This document shows, piece by piece, positions 60,264-64,000 of a stretch of DNA of 64,000 nucleotides; the first letter of the stretch is position 1, and every line of letters starts with the position of its first letter. This DNA is from Cystobasidiomycetes sp. EMM_F5 (lineage: Eukaryota), in the NCBI GenBank assembly GCA_051047955.1, contig JBPGPT010000026.1, forward strand, positions 124,001 to 188,000, given 5' to 3'. The notes beneath the pieces were generated by a model, which saw only the letters and a program-made list of their open reading frames with translations, was not told where the DNA came from and did no database searches. The translations under genes and the position numbers were made by a program.

Positions 60264-62531
60264 ATGCAGCGGTTGCAGACGGGCGCCGCCGAGTGGAGTC
60301 GTCATATCCTGGCCCGGGTCAAGGACAACTCAGCATGGCACGGCGTATGGCAGCATCTGCGACAAGGCGTACGACGTGGTATGGACGGACTGGCCAACGA
60401 GCCTGTTGAGCCTGTCCAAGAGCCACGGCGGCAAGCAGCCTCCGGTGGTTCAGGCTTCTACAGCTTTGGGGAGATTGGCCAGTTCTGCGTGTCTAGCTAC
60501 GCTGCCCTCCTCCTCATCGTCGTCTTTGTCAACTTCCGCATCGTCGCGACTGTCCGTGCTAGGATACCGTACCATTCCAGTCCGCGAGCGAGGGCGATAG
60601 TGCGGGCTCCAGCGATATTCCTGCTGGCAAGGTCATGCTATCTTCTAACGGGAATGCTCGTGCGCATGTCTGCGGCAGCGAGCGATGCGCAGATGGAGCG
60701 CTATCACTTCTATCACTCCATCCAGAACAAGATCACTCTGAAAGAGACGTCTAATCATGGCGATGTGCTTTGGAGCTATTTTGTAGCAGCATGCGTCGCC
60801 TGTGCTTCTGAGAGCTTCATTCGAGCGCTGGATCGCGAGTGAGTTACGCCATGTACAGCATCATTACTATGCTGACTTGTCTGTACAACGTCAGTCTAAA
60901 TGGAGTTGTACCGATGAACTTGTTCCATCTCGGCATGCTTCTACACCACCATTCCATACCTGCAGACGGCTTTATAAATGCGCCGACACGAGCAGTATAC
61001 TCTTTCCTCCTCATCAGTCAACTCGAACTTCTTGCCCTGCAAATATCAGCCATACCGCCATGGCGTGTAAAGCTGTGGATTACCGGCGCCTCTACCATCG
61101 CCAGTCGGAGTGCCATGATTTATTGCCTTCGCACATTTCCGCAAGGTATTGTACAACGCGTAACCGGGAAAGCCTCAACAATGCTGACTATGGGAATCGA
61201 TTCCAGATTGGAACATTCTATTTCCCGCTGTTCAGACGCTTGGTAGATTTGCGCCGGAAGGCTTCTTCATCCTCTGTAGTTTACTTGCAGTCTGTCTTCG
61301 CGGTCTGGTCCAGATACTAAGCGAAGGACGGCTAAGTATGGATGTTTTCGGGCACTCTTCCAACTTTCCTCGGCGAGATGACGATTTCGTACTCGCTGTC
61401 ATTCGATATGGTGCAGCTACGCTCGAGTCTACTGCAATGAAAGGTCTCAACAACGAGGTCGCCGGTCTTTCACAGCCATCGTCGACCTGGGTCGAACTCC
61501 GCCCATCTAGCAACAGCTCCCACGCAGCCATCATGGCTTCAAATCCAGACTTCCCAGATATGCCTCAAGCTGTGTATACGTCAAATCCGCTTGCAAACGA
61601 AGTACAGACTATCAAAGCTGTTACCGATTCGCCAATGGAATTAGGCATAAGCGAGTCACCAACGTTGACAAAGGAGATCAAGCGCTTCGCCCGTGCGCTG
61701 GTATTGCTATGGCAGCTGTTTATAGTTGCACCTCTGGCCGACAAGCTTGGCGTGTCCAAATTGTCTGCTGGAAATGGCCGCTTGCCAAAGACTTTGCGAT
61801 GGCTTGGAGTGCGACCGCCTCAGTCGCAAGCGAAAAGAGCTGGCGTTGCGCAAGAGCTTCGCTCTCTGTTCGACGCTAAGACACGGAAACGTGTAGGTGT
61901 GACGCCTAAGGATGATGACGATGTAGACGACTTGGATTACGCTCCGAGCGATACTACCAGTGACGAGAGCGGCGGTACTTCGTCAGAGGATGACGATGAA
62001 TCGGAGTCTTCTGATCAGGACTACGACTTGCACGCCGACTCGAGAAGGTCAAGGGAGGTATCGCCCGCCTTTTCCGAGGCAGATGTAACAGATCTCCTAC
62101 AGGAGGGCGACTATCGAGATCTGACACCAATGCTCATCGCACACATGCAAGCGGGCAACGGCAGTAATTCTCCAATGACACGACAACGCTACAGATCCCT
62201 GATGCCGGGAACGTTTGCCCAAAGCACATCCGAGACGGCGTTGACTACCGCGATTGCTATTCGGCGGCGAAAAGGCACATCGCCAGTACCGCCCATAGGC
62301 AGCACAACGCAGAGGGATGTCTGGGACGACTCGACCTTCCAGACGTCGTCTCTGTGCGTAGTCTGCTGCACGGAACAGAGGAGCATCGTACTCTGGCCGT
62401 GTCGCTGTCTGGCGCTTTGCAACGACTGTCGTTCCGAATTGGCGGCCCGCAGTACGATGGCCGGCGGGATGAACACATGTCCGTGCTGCCGCGCGACTGT
62501 TCAGGGCTACTCTCGCATTCACATCCCGTAG
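60264..62531 (+). CDS. Membrane RING-finger E3 ubiquitin ligase (Asi1/Asi3-like)
   Basis: Several TM segments; C-terminal CVVCCTEQRSIVLWPCRCLALCNDCR...CPCCRATVQGYSRI. Confidence 0.85.
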
Positions 62532-62697
62532 GAAGTGCAGCATATATTCCTGCTTGTATCGCTATTTGTTCCTAAAGACCGATCGTTGGCCTGTCATAAT
62601 TTTATTCTATGCATTACACTTTCATTGCGAAACTGCCATCTCGCTGCTGCGTCTGCTTCTGTGTCCACCATTACAGAGCAGTATAAACCTGCCAGCC

Positions 62698-64000
62698 ATG
62701 ACTTCTGCGCTGGCGAGGCAGTTGGCCAACATTGGCTCGCTCGATGCAGCGCGTTTGCAGAGCTCGTCGAGCAAATCTCGAGACTCGTTTCTCTTTCCAG
62801 CGAGGCAGGCAGCGTCTCTGAGCACCAACGACGTCCACTCTCTCGGGCTGAATGGCTTCCTGGCACTCGCTGCAGACGACTCGCGGCTGGCGAAATTCGA
62901 AAATCAGATATTTAGCGAAAAGGCAAAGACGACAGACCGGACCCTGCTCACCAAGGAGGAGGACGAAAAGCTCGACAGGATAATAAAGTCTCTCTTGAAC
63001 CACTTGGCCTCCCGCTTTCTCGTCAAGAATGCAGCAAAAGTGCTGGAATGGCTCATTCGGAGATTTAGGTTGGTCAATGCTGCAACCTTGCTTCACATTG
63101 CAGGCGCTCAGTGATTGTATCCTCCAGAGTCAATGAATTCAATGCTGAAGACCTCTTCCGGGTCATTTTGCCATATCACGAAACTCCACAATTTGCACAA
63201 ATGCTGCAGATCATAAAGCTCGAGTAGGTCCTAGGCTGCCAACTGGTAGCCATGTGCAATACCCTGACGCTCGCTGGTCTGTGTCTAGTGACGCCAAGTT
63301 TCAGGCATTCAGCGCAGTCAAGCAGGCCCTGCAGCCCTTACCGCGTTTGCACCTGATTACGGCCATGAGAAAATCGCCAGATTTGCTCCGTTTCATCGCG
63401 ACAATGATTAGGCCCGCCCTAGCCGACGCAACTATTTATCCTTCTCTGATAACATTCTGGACTAGCAGCCTGGTCGGGTACCTCGATGCCATTCAACGCA
63501 TCGATGAAGGTGTTATGGCGATATTGCTGCCAACCCTGGTTGACACGCTACAGGCGCGCAACGAGGACGTTCTCCTCGCCGGCCTCATCGTACTCAGTCG
63601 CATGGTAGCCAAAGTACAACTCGCCAGCGATGCCGTCGAGCTCTTCATGACGTGCATTGTTTCACGAAGAACAATGGACCAGAGTCCGGAAACGGTTGAA
63701 GCATGCATCACTGCGCTCATCGTCTTGGTGGAGTCGCAGTCAAATTCCTCGGACATTCCAACAAAAGTGCTCACTGCGTTTATTCGAACAAAGCACGCAC
63801 AGACTGCTTTGACCGAATTGTCAAAGTCCTATTCGGCAAGTCGACTCCTACAGATCTTGTTCCGATCACTGGCCATAGCAGCCGAGGACGACGAAGCTGC
63901 AGCTACAGTTCTGATGGACACGCTGGGTTTCGCTGGGTGTCCCGATCAGATGGTGAATACGGGACTGTCGAGTCTCATAGACTGCTATATCACCTCGGAG
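62698..64000 (+). CDS. UTP10: U3 snoRNA-associated HEAT-repeat protein Utp10 (5' part)
   Basis: MTSALARQLA, SFLFPARQAA, FSEKAKTTDR, KVLEWLIRRFR/VNEFN, ILPYHETPQF. Confidence 0.93.

Overview
Gene-dense, intron-rich fungal genomic DNA. Short spliceosomal introns with CTRAY branch points and the gene content suggest a basidiomycete, possibly a Pucciniomycotina yeast (inference). About 27 protein-coding genes were reconstructed by eye across introns. The first ~20 kb looks like an accessory organic-acid metabolism neighbourhood. It holds a divergent GAPDH with His in place of the NAD-discriminating Asp, a fused LeuC/LeuD-type aconitase-family hydratase, a dimethylmalate-lyase-like enzyme, a CadA (cis-aconitate decarboxylase)-like MmgE/PrpD protein and two Zn2Cys6 regulators, interrupted by a head-to-head pair of orphan genes. 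A second small module (26-31.5 kb) has an intronless racemase-fold enzyme lacking the usual catalytic Cys residues, an MFS permease and an enoyl-reductase-like enzyme; its two promoter regions share a near-identical ~22-bp CGG-rich motif. The rest is mostly housekeeping and regulatory genes (ARC15, HIS3, two ERG3, SLD5, TCD-like, RING ligase, UTP10, GATA and C2H2 factors). The most striking non-coding signal is intron architecture: a 474-nt GC-AG intron of HIS3 has its only consensus branch point ~430 nt from the acceptor and a 456-nt stretch with no AG; milder versions occur in another HIS3 intron and in SLD5. No tRNA, rRNA, CRISPR array or recognisable transposase was seen. Gene boundaries are manual and unverified by RNA data, and family assignments come from recalled motifs, not database searches.
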